Below are positions 47,211-57,320 of a stretch of DNA of 64,000 nt, one piece after another. Below the pieces are notes generated by a model. The model was not told where the DNA came from. It ran no database searches and saw only the letters and a program-made list of their open reading frames with translations. Source of the DNA: Halobacteriovoraceae bacterium (GTDB lineage Bacteria; Bdellovibrionota; Bacteriovoracia; Bacteriovoracales; Bacteriovoracaceae); NCBI GenBank assembly GCA_963719505.1, contig CAVRCF010000001.1:416001-480000 (forward strand), given 5' to 3'. The position numbers were made by a program, and so were the translations under genes. Position 1 is the stretch's first letter, and each line of letters starts with the position of its first letter.

Positions 47211-48732
47211 GTAAAAAAGTCGGATATATTAAAAATAAAGTATATATTCTTTATAAGTCGGATAGTTACGTACTTCTCGTTCTTATTAATTCCAATATGG
47301 TTACAAAAATCTGTTGAATCTAACCTAGCAGTTCAGTCAGGTATTTTGTTGATGTACATGATCTTCATGGGCGGTCAGTGGTATTTGCTGGGTAAGGAGA
47401 TCGACCACAGATTGGGGATCTATTATAGGGTAAATTCTTCCATGGATAGAATTCTCTATCGTGTCGTAATGGGAAATATTTTTGTTATAATTTTCTTTAA
47501 CGCTGTCGCATTATTACCGGACTCAGTCGCTCAGGTAATCTTTTGGTGTTTCTATGGATTTCTAGGAATCTTTTATTCATGGCCCACTCGAGGAAAAATC
47601 ATTGAAGAGTCAATGGCCGCACAGTTTAGCGAGTTTAAATTTTTAGATTCCTTTGAGAAAACAGTCTTAGGTTTAACCTTTATCGTAAGCCTATGCTCTT
47701 TACCGGAAATTCCATTATTTGAAAATATTGATGCACTTAAAATGTATTTCGACCCAAGTGAAAAAATTCATATTGGAATATGGGAATTTTTGAAAGTAAA
47801 CTATCTCCCTTTTAATTCTTATCCTCAGTTATATAATTTATCTTGGAGCTATCACTTTTTCTTTAATGGGCTGATGATTTACCTATTGTCTTTTTACGCA
47901 CTCGCTAGGTTTTTTCTTTCTCGCCGCCTCTCAATTTTGGCTGTTTTTTCAGTTGTCTCAACTTGGTCTTTTGCAAAAATTGTAGGTAACAATATTATTC
48001 TCACCTACACTACGACTTTCCTTGTCCTATGGGTGTGGTCGTTTCTATGGACCATTAAAAGTGCAACATATCGTTCAGGTCTCTTTACGGGTCTTGTGCT
48101 AGCTTTTGGAGTGATGTTAAATATTCATTATATTTTTTTACTGCCTGTAACCTTACTCAGCATTTATTTTATACTTTCTTAAAAAAGAAACAACGTGGTT
48201 TAAGCGGCAATGGCTAAAGTATAATATCCTTGGTTTTCTTGTCACTTTAGTCGTTTCTCTGACTCACTTTGAGATGGGAAAAATGTTTTCTGGAGAATCG
48301 TTTTCTTTTCTTTATGCAATATTGGCAGAGTTTATTTATAGGAAAGCTTTCTACGTGCTTTCTTTCTTTGGAGTTTTTCTCGTTTTATGCTTCAAGTTTA
48401 ATTTCCTTAAAAGGTATTTGTCATTAGTGACTTTCGACAAAGAGAGATTTAATCAATTGTTTTTCTGTGTCTGTGTCATAATAGTTTTTGGATTAACTTT
48501 TAGTAAAGTTTACTTGGAAGGTTTTTCTCTGTTATGGATTATTGCTTTTCTTTGCTTAATTCCACTCGAATGGATTTTCCAATCTATCAGTCGCCTTAGA
48601 TCGAAAAGAAATATCATCTACACGCTCTACATCCTTGTATGCCTATTAGACTCACACCTAGAGGGACGTATCAGAATTATGGGAAAACTTTTTCTAAATG
48701 AAGAGGTTTATAAGTATATCAATCAAATGTAA
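47196..48732 (+). pseudogene. Polytopic membrane protein split by a 1-bp frameshift (or assembly error)
   Basis: First frame stops at 48182; the +1 frame is open from 48151 through 48732 and continues hydrophobic sequence (YFLKKETTWFKRQWLKYNILG...). Start codon uncertain. Confidence 0.7.
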
Positions 48733-48790
48733 GTAAAGTAAATACACCTAGCATAAGTAATTAAAATCACTGACTAAATCTCTTTTTATC

Positions 48791-48820
48791 TTGCTGCAAG
48801 TTTCTTTGTGGTGGTAAACT
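48791..48820 (+). promoter_or_regulatory. Putative sigma70 promoter
   Basis: TTGCTG-18 bp-TAAACT with TGn extension. Confidence 0.4.
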
Positions 48821-48842
48821 ATAAGAGAGTTTAAAGCAGTTT

Positions 48843-49088
48843 ATGGCAAGGAGGTCATTTTTGCTTAAGTCTACGCTATCCGCTTCTCTTTTCGATGAAT
48901 TTTCATCTTCCTATCAAACCTACAACCCATCACTTGACCACACAGACAAACCCTTCGTTTATGTAGATCCACTTGGAAACATAAAGCTTCTTACGAATAT
49001 GGTGACTGATAATGAGTCTGACGATGGAATTTTTGCAGTTTCTGTGGCCGAAGATGGTTGGATGGAGTATCTAGCACTGCAAGAATAA
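48843..49088 (+). CDS. Small hypothetical protein
   Basis: ORF with an upstream promoter-like motif; AAGGAGGT suggests an alternative TTG start near 48861. Confidence 0.6.
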   Translation: MARRSFLLKSTLSASLFDEFSSSYQTYNPSLDHTDKPFVYVDPLGNIKLLTNMVTDNESDDGIFAVSVAEDGWMEYLALQE

Positions 49089-49299
49089 GTCAGTTTGGGG
49101 AAAACTAAAACCTCAAATCTAACTGTTTCTGTCATGTCTTTTGCGTAGCAGTATAAAGGATTTTATTTAACGTCCTAACTACATGAAAGTATGAACTTAA
49201 TTAAATAAACGTTTATTCGTTTTGCGTTAGTTCTGCTACACTCAAGTGTGGAAAACTGCAGCTAATCTGTGGATTAGTTTTAAAAAGCGTAGAAAACTT

Positions 49300-50064
49300 A
49301 TGAGAAATAAAATAGATTTTGTTGAAATTTTGGCTATCTTAAATCAAATTAAGCCACAAATTTGTCAATTTATTGACTCAAAAATGAATGATTTTGAGTC
49401 TTTAGAACTTTCTCATAAGCGAGATGATTCACCAGTAACTATAATTGATTTAGAAATCTCACGGATTTTCAAAAAAGCCTTTATAGAATCGTTCCCTCAC
49501 CTAAATTTCTATTCAGAAGAGGACCCAGAGAACTTTATATACCCATGCGTTATTCTCGATCCTATTGATGGAACAAAGGAGTTGGCTCAAGGTGTGGACG
49601 AGTGTGCGATTTCTTTTGGAATCTACTTCTCAGGAGACTTTGATGATGAAGACAATTTCTCTTGGATTTTTAACCCTTTCAATAATTTGAAGGCGCACAG
49701 CGCCCAAAAATACATAAATTCGAGAAAGAAGAAAAGGTCGTCTCTTTACGGACTGGTCTCTAATACAGAGTTTGAGGCGGATTTATACGGTAACAATTAT
49801 AGTGGCGTTATGGTCATGCCTAAGGGGAGCATAGCCTACAAGCTAGCGCTGTTGAGCCAAGGCGTGTGTGACTTTGTTATGACGAAAAAACCCAAGAATA
49901 TTTGGGATATTATGGCCGGAAGCCATCTTTGCCATCGAAAGGGAATAGCTCTCTTTCAAGGTGAAAAACAACTCAGCTCCTTAGATTCAGCTCTAATTGA
50001 AGGGCCACTTATTTGGTGTAAAAAAGAAGACTTTCCAAAAATAAAAAAGCTAATTCAAAAGTGA
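49300..50064 (+). CDS. Inositol monophosphatase/CysQ family phosphatase
   Basis: SPVT..D, SEE, LDPIDGTK, GSIAYK, WDIMAG. Confidence 0.88.
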   Translation: MRNKIDFVEILAILNQIKPQICQFIDSKMNDFESLELSHKRDDSPVTIIDLEISRIFKKAFIESFPHLNFYSEEDPENFIYPCVILDPIDGTKELAQGVDECAISFGIYFSGDFDDEDNFSWIFNPFNNLKAHSAQKYINSRKKKRSSLYGLVSNTEFEADLYGNNYSGVMVMPKGSIAYKLALLSQGVCDFVMTKKPKNIWDIMAGSHLCHRKGIALFQGEKQLSSLDSALIEGPLIWCKKEDFPKIKKLIQK

Positions 50065-50079
50065 AATAGATCGCAGTAT

Positions 50080-50104
50080 TTCGAGTTCAATAATTGAACT
50101 CGAA
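50080..50104. promoter_or_regulatory. Perfect 11-bp inverted repeat (operator or hairpin)
   Basis: TTCGAGTTCAA-TAA-TTGAACTCGAA, intergenic. Confidence 0.5.
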
Positions 50105-50145
50105 TGGTTTATTGATTAAAACTCCCTCAGCAAAAGGAGGGAAAT

Positions 50146-51054
50146 GTGCTAACAAAAAATCACCTTACAAAAATTCAAAGTTCTATTTTAATCGAAGGAG
50201 AGCCTGGCAGCGGAAAGAGTCATCTTGCAAAATGGGTTCACAACAACTCAGATAGATCTGAGAAAAACTTTATTCAAGTCAATATTGCGAGTCTTCACAA
50301 AGGTCTTTTTGAGAGCGAACTTTTTGGTCACAAAAAGGGAAGCTTTACAGGGGCACATATGGATAAGGAAGGTTTTTGTTCCAAAGCTCAAAGAGGAACA
50401 CTTTTTATCGACGAAATCGGTGAACTCTTTCTCGACCAACAAAAAGCCCTACTCAGCTTATTAGAGGAGAGAATATACTATCCTGTCGGCTCTAGCGAAA
50501 AATTGCATTTCAACGGAACTTTTATTTTTGCCACAAATAAAAATCTGGAAAAAGAAGTTGAAAGAGGGAACTTCAGAGAAGACCTCTATCATCGCCTAAG
50601 GGCTTATAGTTTTCAAACCCAACGATTTAGTCAGTGGAGAGATAAAAAGTTTATTATTTTGGAGGAGTTTGAGAAGGCTAAGATTAAACATGATAAAAAA
50701 AACTTAATTCTCTCCTCTGAGATAAAACAGTTTCTTTATTCTTACGATTTTCCGGGAAACTTCAGAGAACTTCTTCAAATAATAGACTATTGCACTTTTA
50801 TTGCTGAAAATAGAGTCGAAATCGTCCACCTTCCGATTTGGACAAAGTCTAGGCCTGAACAAAAACCCATGACAGATAGCTACTACGAGGCTTTGGAGAG
50901 CTTTGAGTCAGTCTTCTTAAAAAGGAAACTCGAAAAGTATCAAGGCAGAATAAACTACACGGCACAAATGGTGAAAATAAGTAAGGTTACATTGATTTCA
51001 AAGATAAAAAAATATGGTATTAATATACAAGAGTTTAAAATGATTAATGTTTAG
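50146..51054 (+). CDS. Sigma54 enhancer-binding protein without regulatory domain
   Basis: GEPGSGKS, ESELFGHKKGSFTGA, FIDE, FREDLYHRL, FPGNFREL, Fis-type HTH. Confidence 0.9.
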   Translation: MLTKNHLTKIQSSILIEGEPGSGKSHLAKWVHNNSDRSEKNFIQVNIASLHKGLFESELFGHKKGSFTGAHMDKEGFCSKAQRGTLFIDEIGELFLDQQKALLSLLEERIYYPVGSSEKLHFNGTFIFATNKNLEKEVERGNFREDLYHRLRAYSFQTQRFSQWRDKKFIILEEFEKAKIKHDKKNLILSSEIKQFLYSYDFPGNFRELLQIIDYCTFIAENRVEIVHLPIWTKSRPEQKPMTDSYYEALESFESVFLKRKLEKYQGRINYTAQMVKISKVTLISKIKKYGINIQEFKMINV

Positions 51055-51068
51055 AAGACTGGAAAATT

Positions 51069-51662
51069 ATGGGATTTAAAGTTCAAGACCACTATTTTAA
51101 TAAAGCTAAGAAAGAGAACTACTTTGCAAGAAGTGTTTATAAGCTTGAAGAAATTGATAAAAAACATAAAGTGATTAAAAAAAACGACCACGTTATGGAT
51201 TTTGGCTATCATCCAGGTTCTTGGACTCAGTATACAGCGAAAAAAGTCGGTGAAAAAGGATCCGTAGTTGGAATAGATATAAGAGAGATCAACACCAAGC
51301 TTGAAGTACTTCCCAATGTTCGTGTCTATCAGAAAGATATTAATGATGTAAAAGACTTATCGGAGCTTGGCACGCAGGAACAATTTGACGTTGTCATCTC
51401 AGACATGGCGCCAAATACAACGGGCATAAAATCTGTCGATCAAATCAGAAGTTTGCAACTCGTTGAAATGTGTTTTTATCACCTTAAACAATTTTTAAAG
51501 CCCGGAGGAAACTTTGTTATAAAGGTTTTTGACTCTAACGATGCTCAACAATATTTAAAAACAGAAAGAAAAAACTTCGAAAGCTTTCACTATTTAAAAC
51601 CAAAATCTACCAGAGACGTAAGTAAAGAGTTTTTTGTGATTGGACTGGGCTATAAAGGATGA
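51069..51662 (+). CDS. rlmE: 23S rRNA Um2552 methyltransferase
   Basis: ARSVYKL, PGSW, SDMAP, KVF, KP.STR..SKE. Confidence 0.94.
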   Translation: MGFKVQDHYFNKAKKENYFARSVYKLEEIDKKHKVIKKNDHVMDFGYHPGSWTQYTAKKVGEKGSVVGIDIREINTKLEVLPNVRVYQKDINDVKDLSELGTQEQFDVVISDMAPNTTGIKSVDQIRSLQLVEMCFYHLKQFLKPGGNFVIKVFDSNDAQQYLKTERKNFESFHYLKPKSTRDVSKEFFVIGLGYKG

Positions 51663-52876
51663 AGTTACTTCTCATTTTTCTTTTTACAAGCCAAGCTTTT
51701 GCCAATCTAAATTTTGGTAAAGATTTCTCACTCACTAAATTTGATTTTGATAAATTCAAAATAGAATTCAATGAAAAGTTTTTTAACGGAATTTTTCCAG
51801 ATACAATCTCTTCGAATGATAAAGACTTTGATGTTACCTACAGCATAAATAAAAATTTAGAAAAGCAAGTTAAGAGATATTTGAGAAGGTATCGATCCGA
51901 CTACGCTTCAGTGGTCATCATTGATAATAACACTGGCGAAGTCCTAACAGCTATAGATTATACTAAAGAGACTAAAGAGTTTGGTACCGCTATAACTTTT
52001 TCAAGCACTAATCCGGCGGCAAGTATTTTTAAGGTCATTACAGCTGCTGATCTTTTAGAAAACAAAAAGGTTGATAGTGAAACCCCTTTTAGTTACTCAG
52101 GACGCTCTTCTACACTTTATAAATATCAATTAAAAAATAAAAAAAATAAATGGACCAGAACGATTCCTTTTAAGAAGGCTTTCGCAAGATCTAATAATGT
52201 TATTTTTGGTAAAGCGGCTCAAAAAAATACAACAGCATTAAGTATTCAGAACACTGCTAATAAGTTTGGCTTTAATAGTAATGACCTCTTTCAACTCTTA
52301 GATGTCGGCGAGTCACAAGTCTTTACGGCAACAACCAATTATGGTCTTGCTGAGTTAGCTTCGGGATTTAATAAAGCGACGATGATTTCACCAGTCCATG
52401 GAGCTGTTATTGCCTCTGTTATAGCCAATAAGGGATACCTTATTAATCCGAAGTTAGTGACGAGGGTTTATGACTCTAAAAATGAAAGAGAAATATGGAA
52501 GCCTGAACATGTCAAAAAGCAAGTCCTTACAAATGAGTCTGCTGATGAGTTAGATAAAATGATGAGGTTGACTGTTGAAGCTGGGACAGCTCGTGGAGCT
52601 TTTAGAGCGAGGAAGATGAGAAGAATTAGAAACATAGACGTTGCAGGAAAGACGGGAAGTATTACTGGTGGAGTTCCTTTTGGGAAGCGAGATTGGTTCG
52701 TGTCTTACGCAAAGCCCAATGATAAACCTGATGACAATGGAATTTCAGTTTGTGTTATGATTGTTAACGTAAAGAAGTGGTATATTAAATCGACATACCT
52801 TGCTAAAAAAATCATTCAATATTATTATGATGACTTACAAAGATTAGAATCCAAAACAAAAGTGGTAAAAAAATGA
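51659..52876 (+). CDS. Transpeptidase-domain-only penicillin-binding protein
   Basis: SIFK, SNN, KTG motifs; signal peptide; no dimerisation domain. Confidence 0.85.
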   Translation: MKLLLIFLFTSQAFANLNFGKDFSLTKFDFDKFKIEFNEKFFNGIFPDTISSNDKDFDVTYSINKNLEKQVKRYLRRYRSDYASVVIIDNNTGEVLTAIDYTKETKEFGTAITFSSTNPAASIFKVITAADLLENKKVDSETPFSYSGRSSTLYKYQLKNKKNKWTRTIPFKKAFARSNNVIFGKAAQKNTTALSIQNTANKFGFNSNDLFQLLDVGESQVFTATTNYGLAELASGFNKATMISPVHGAVIASVIANKGYLINPKLVTRVYDSKNEREIWKPEHVKKQVLTNESADELDKMMRLTVEAGTARGAFRARKMRRIRNIDVAGKTGSITGGVPFGKRDWFVSYAKPNDKPDDNGISVCVMIVNVKKWYIKSTYLAKKIIQYYYDDLQRLESKTKVVKK

Positions 52877-53646
52877 GTGAAGTTTCAAGTGAGTCTCTAG
52901 AACAGGATGGGACGCAAAAGTTATCAAAAATGCAAAAATTTAAAAAAGAAGCCAAGTCGATAACTTTTATCATCATTGCTGTTCTTGCATTTAGATCTAC
53001 ATTTTTTGAACCCTTTAAAATTCCTTCAGGATCAATGATACCAACACTTTTAATCGGGGACTTTATTCTCGTTAATAAATTCTCCTATGGATTTAAGGTC
53101 CCTTTTTCCGATTGGTTCTCAGATCCCATTTATATAACAGGACCAGATCAGCCAGACAGAGGTGATGTCGTGGTTTTTAAGTATCCAAATGATACGTCAC
53201 TTAATTATATTAAAAGAGTCGTGGGTCTTCCCGGTGATACTGTTCAGATGATTAACCGAGTTATTTATATAAATGACCAACCAATTGAGGCAACACCAAT
53301 TGAGGCATCAGCCTTCATGGAAGATATGGATGAAAAATATAAAGTTTATAATTTAGAATTCTTCAAAACAAAAACTGGTGATGCTGAACACATAACGCAA
53401 ATTGATGCTGATAACTACTACTCAAGCGACTTTTCAAAGCTTGAGGTTCCAAAAGGTCATTACTTTGTGATGGGTGACAATAGAGATTTCTCTGCAGATT
53501 CTAGAAGTTGGGGATTTGTCCCCTTTGGACATATTAAGGGTAAAGCCGTTTTAATTTGGTTTTCAACCAATATTCCTTTTCCTGGCGCTGATGCCGGAGA
53601 TGTTTTCACTTTCAGACCATGGCGTATAGGTAACTTAATTAAGTAA
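52873..53646 (+). CDS. lepB: Signal peptidase I
   Basis: IPSGSMIPTL, YIKRVVG, GDNRDFSADSR. Confidence 0.96.
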   Translation: MSEVSSESLEQDGTQKLSKMQKFKKEAKSITFIIIAVLAFRSTFFEPFKIPSGSMIPTLLIGDFILVNKFSYGFKVPFSDWFSDPIYITGPDQPDRGDVVVFKYPNDTSLNYIKRVVGLPGDTVQMINRVIYINDQPIEATPIEASAFMEDMDEKYKVYNLEFFKTKTGDAEHITQIDADNYYSSDFSKLEVPKGHYFVMGDNRDFSADSRSWGFVPFGHIKGKAVLIWFSTNIPFPGADAGDVFTFRPWRIGNLIK

Positions 53647-56002
53647 GAACCACTCTTGTTTCACCGTCATTACCTGTGTCATTCGAATCGGCTTTTATCG
53701 ATTTGTTCTTTTTGATAAAGTCCCTAAGCCAGCCTTTGAGAGTTCCGTTACCATGACCATGAATAAAGCAGACAAATGGTACTGAGTCTGTCAGAAGGTC
53801 TGAGACTGCTGACTCCACGACGCTTTGAAACTCCTCAAGTCTCATGCCACGACAATCATACTCGAGCTTTGCATTACTATTTTGAGGGTACTTAACTTGA
53901 ACATTACTTTGACCTTTCACTTTATGAGCGATTCTTAAAGAATCCATAGGACACTTTATACTCATGAGTCCTTTTGATACTTGAACTTCTTTTTTTCTCT
54001 CATTGATAGATTTAACTAAAACGGTTTGGCCTAAGAAGACTGAAAAATAGCTTTTTCCTACCTCTATGTTTTGAGGTTTTTTCATATGACTATATTTATC
54101 ACTGATTGGTTTAACTTTTTTATTTATAGGCTTTAGTTCAAAAAGAAGAGATTTGATTTCGTCATCTTTTTTATCGAGTTGCCTCTTACTTTCAATTTTA
54201 CCTGACTTTGCCTTGTGAAAATGACTTTGAGCTTTATCTAGAACTCGTTTAATTTTCTCTTCTAGATTAGAAACTTTCTCTTCAAGTTTTAGCTGATAAA
54301 CTCCCTCCATAGATTTCTTTTTGTTCTTAATTTGAATATTCAAATCTTTATTTTCTCTTAAAAGTTTATCGAGTTCATTTTCTTTTGCACCAATTTTTTC
54401 CAAAAGCGATTCATAATTGAGCATTTTATTGTCTAGGATTCGCTTTGCCTTTTCTACAATTCTTAAACTCTGTGGGCTATCACCATTGAGTTTTGTAAAT
54501 ACTTTAAGCGCCTGGGAGCTTCCTGGAGCCCCGGTGTGTAGATTATAACTTGGCTTATTCGTTTCTGTATCAAAGCCAACATGAGCTGAAACAAAGTGGT
54601 TTTTGTCGTGCATAAGAGTTTTAAGCATTTGATGGTGTGTTGATACTAAAAAATGCGTTTCACTTACTCCACTGATCTCTTCAAATAAAGAAAGGGCAAG
54701 CGCTGAGGCTTCTTCCGAGGAGGTGGAATTAAAAATTTCATCAATTATAATAAGATTTGTCGGCGCCAGCTTAACTAAAAGTTCTGAATAGTTTTTTACC
54801 TCAGAGGCGAAAGAACTTAGCCCCTCTGGTAGGTTTTGACCGTCGTTACCAAAATAATGAATGCCCTCGTAGAGGTGGATGGTCGCATTGTCGGCGGGAA
54901 TAAAGAGTCCGAATTTTAAAAATATCTGAATAAGTGCAATAGACTTTAAAGTTGCTGTCTTGCCCCCAGTATTTGGCCCAGAAATTATCATTCCATTTGA
55001 AGTGGGGAGAATCTCGATATCATTTTTTACTGGATCTTTAATGAGTGGATGATACATGCCTTTGATAATAACTTCTCGATTTTTTGAAAGAGTAGCTTTT
55101 ATATAATCATTAGTATGAGCAAACTTCATCCTCGTTAAATACTCATCTACATATTGAATAGTTAAAGAGATTAAAGCCAAGTGGTCATGTACTTGTGTTA
55201 GAGCATTCGAAAACTTGAGCGTAAGGGAGTTTAATTCTTTATCAAGTTTTAAAACAAGCTCTAAGCGAGCAATATTCATATTTTTGATCTTTGAAGGTTC
55301 AATAAATAAGGTTTGACCTGAGTCCGAGCGTGAAACGATTTGTCCTAGGGTCGATTGATAGGAGTCACTTTTAACTGGAAGGACGTATCTGTCGTTTATT
55401 AAATCAAAACTATCAAATTGTAATTTGGAGCTCCACTGAGAATCAGACATTAACCCTTGTAAACTCTTTCGGATATTTTGTTCGAGATCAATTTTTTCTT
55501 TGTAGAGAACTTTTAAAAGAGGATGCTTAAAATAGTCAATTTCACCATCAGTGCTGACAAAGCTGCGAAACTCTTTTAGAAAGGTATTTAGGTACTTTCT
55601 TTTTATATTGTGGAAATCATGTTTTTCTTCCTTAGTAAAACCTAAGTCAAAAAGATCAAAATAGTTTTCCAAATACAATTCGATTCCAAGGGCTATCTCA
55701 TTGAGCTGAGTGAAGTCGAAGACAGCAGACTTTGAGGATTTACTCATACAATCAAAAATAGATCCCGATGGATCTAGAACAACTAAAGCGGAAGATATAT
55801 CCTTGATTGCAGTACTATGATACTTTTCTAATAAAAGCTGGGTCCTATCAAGAGTCTTTTGAATATCGTGGACAGTTTTAGGTATAAAAATCTTTGTTTT
55901 AACCGTATCATAAAAATGGGCGTGACCCTCGAGCTGATGACTAATTAGAGGCCACTCTAAAAGTTTTAGAATCTCAGGGTCCAAAAAAAATTGAGAACTC
56001 AT
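53639..56002 (-). CDS. mutS2: MutS2 (ATPase, coiled coil, KOW, Smr)
   Basis: SDSGQTLFIEP, GPNTGGKT, LSSF, IIDE, STH; Smr DCRG...IHGHGNG. Confidence 0.9.
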   Translation of the reverse strand: MSSQFFLDPEILKLLEWPLISHQLEGHAHFYDTVKTKIFIPKTVHDIQKTLDRTQLLLEKYHSTAIKDISSALVVLDPSGSIFDCMSKSSKSAVFDFTQLNEIALGIELYLENYFDLFDLGFTKEEKHDFHNIKRKYLNTFLKEFRSFVSTDGEIDYFKHPLLKVLYKEKIDLEQNIRKSLQGLMSDSQWSSKLQFDSFDLINDRYVLPVKSDSYQSTLGQIVSRSDSGQTLFIEPSKIKNMNIARLELVLKLDKELNSLTLKFSNALTQVHDHLALISLTIQYVDEYLTRMKFAHTNDYIKATLSKNREVIIKGMYHPLIKDPVKNDIEILPTSNGMIISGPNTGGKTATLKSIALIQIFLKFGLFIPADNATIHLYEGIHYFGNDGQNLPEGLSSFASEVKNYSELLVKLAPTNLIIIDEIFNSTSSEEASALALSLFEEISGVSETHFLVSTHHQMLKTLMHDKNHFVSAHVGFDTETNKPSYNLHTGAPGSSQALKVFTKLNGDSPQSLRIVEKAKRILDNKMLNYESLLEKIGAKENELDKLLRENKDLNIQIKNKKKSMEGVYQLKLEEKVSNLEEKIKRVLDKAQSHFHKAKSGKIESKRQLDKKDDEIKSLLFELKPINKKVKPISDKYSHMKKPQNIEVGKSYFSVFLGQTVLVKSINERKKEVQVSKGLMSIKCPMDSLRIAHKVKGQSNVQVKYPQNSNAKLEYDCRGMRLEEFQSVVESAVSDLLTDSVPFVCFIHGHGNGTLKGWLRDFIKKNKSIKADSNDTGNDGETRVVLT

Positions 56003-57320
56003 GATACAAACTTATAATGATATCGCACAAGAAATCCAGAACTTTCGCAAGAAGTTTGGTGAATATGCTCAAATTCAAAAGATATACAGCTCCTCTCAGT
56101 TTATAAGCCTTCAAATACGTCTTCCGGGTAAAAGCTTCTATCTCTACTTTGGTAGAGGGCATCAATTTGAGGGCTTTTGGTTGGGCGAGAAGCAAATTGA
56201 AAGTGCACTGAGAAAAAGAGACCAATTTTTGGAATATTTCAGGCGATATTTGTCAGCATCGGTTCTTCTTAATCTTCAATTAGACTCAAAAGATAGAATT
56301 ACAAAAATTGACTACGGGAGGTTTGGACACACAAATAGAATGTTTCTCTTTTATAAAGGACGAGAACTCTACTTTGCCAATATCTATTTCGATGAAAAGA
56401 TAAAGAGATTCAAAACTTTCTGCTCTTGGATAAAAGGGACTCTTGATTTTGAAGCTAATGATTTTGAAATCTTTGATGAGATTGGTCGAAAAGACATCGA
56501 TAAATCAGCACCACTTCGAGAACCAAAGAGTATCGATAAACTCCTAAAAGTCGAAAAAGAGAAAGCCATCCAATTATTATCCTCCGGAAAGTCTAAGAAG
56601 TTTCTTGTAAGGAAGAAGAAAAACATTACCAATGATATTGATCAAGTCAATCGTTGGCCTGAGTTAGCGGAATTTATTCAAAATAATGAAAGTTTTGAAA
56701 AATTGAAACGAAAAGAAAAAATTAAGGGCTTTAAGATAAATTTTAAAAATGCAGATCATTATAAAAGACAAGATGAGCTTTACACGAAGGTTAAGAAGCT
56801 GAAAAAAGCGCAAAAAATTCTTGCTTTAAGATTATCGGATACTGAAAAAAGTCTAGATAAACAGATGACTCAATTACATGACTTTGAGAATAAACTTAAA
56901 ATTATTAAGCCCATTTGGGCTCAGTCATTTAAAGCTGATACGGTTGAAGTAACTGCTGAAAATGGATATAAAGTGTTTGATCTTGATCGTTTTAAATTAG
57001 CTGTCGGAATTTCGGCGGCGGGGAATGATCAGATGAGGAAAAGTTGGGCGAGTAAAGAGGATATGTGGTTTCACGCCCATGGAGACAAGTCTCCCCATAT
57101 TATCATCAAAACTGATCAGCCTTTAGATATGGAGTTATTCCAGAAAGTAGCAAGTGCAATGATTCATTTTATGGGAACTAAAAAGTCTGATGTGAATCTA
57201 ATGTATTGTCCCGTTAAAAATATTAAAGGTGTGAAAGGCGTTCAAGGCTCGGTGACCTTTAAAAAGGAAAAGTATATAAATGTTATTATTGAAAACGATT
57301 GGACTACTCTTATCAATTAG
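56001..57320 (+). CDS. NFACT/RqcH (FbpA) family protein
   Basis: IQKIY N-terminus, DR motif (KDRI), coiled coil, NFACT-R (VG.SA.GND, WFHA...SPHIII). Confidence 0.75.
   Translation: MIQTYNDIAQEIQNFRKKFGEYAQIQKIYSSSQFISLQIRLPGKSFYLYFGRGHQFEGFWLGEKQIESALRKRDQFLEYFRRYLSASVLLNLQLDSKDRITKIDYGRFGHTNRMFLFYKGRELYFANIYFDEKIKRFKTFCSWIKGTLDFEANDFEIFDEIGRKDIDKSAPLREPKSIDKLLKVEKEKAIQLLSSGKSKKFLVRKKKNITNDIDQVNRWPELAEFIQNNESFEKLKRKEKIKGFKINFKNADHYKRQDELYTKVKKLKKAQKILALRLSDTEKSLDKQMTQLHDFENKLKIIKPIWAQSFKADTVEVTAENGYKVFDLDRFKLAVGISAAGNDQMRKSWASKEDMWFHAHGDKSPHIIIKTDQPLDMELFQKVASAMIHFMGTKKSDVNLMYCPVKNIKGVKGVQGSVTFKKEKYINVIIENDWTTLIN

Noticed and set aside
48133-48139. T7 tract as the phase-variable frameshift site
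   Set aside because: The +1 frame has a TAA at 48148, downstream of the tract, so slippage there cannot restore the gene.
53281-53307. Tandem CCAATTGAGGCA repeat in lepB
   Set aside because: Two in-frame copies encoding PIEA; no array structure.
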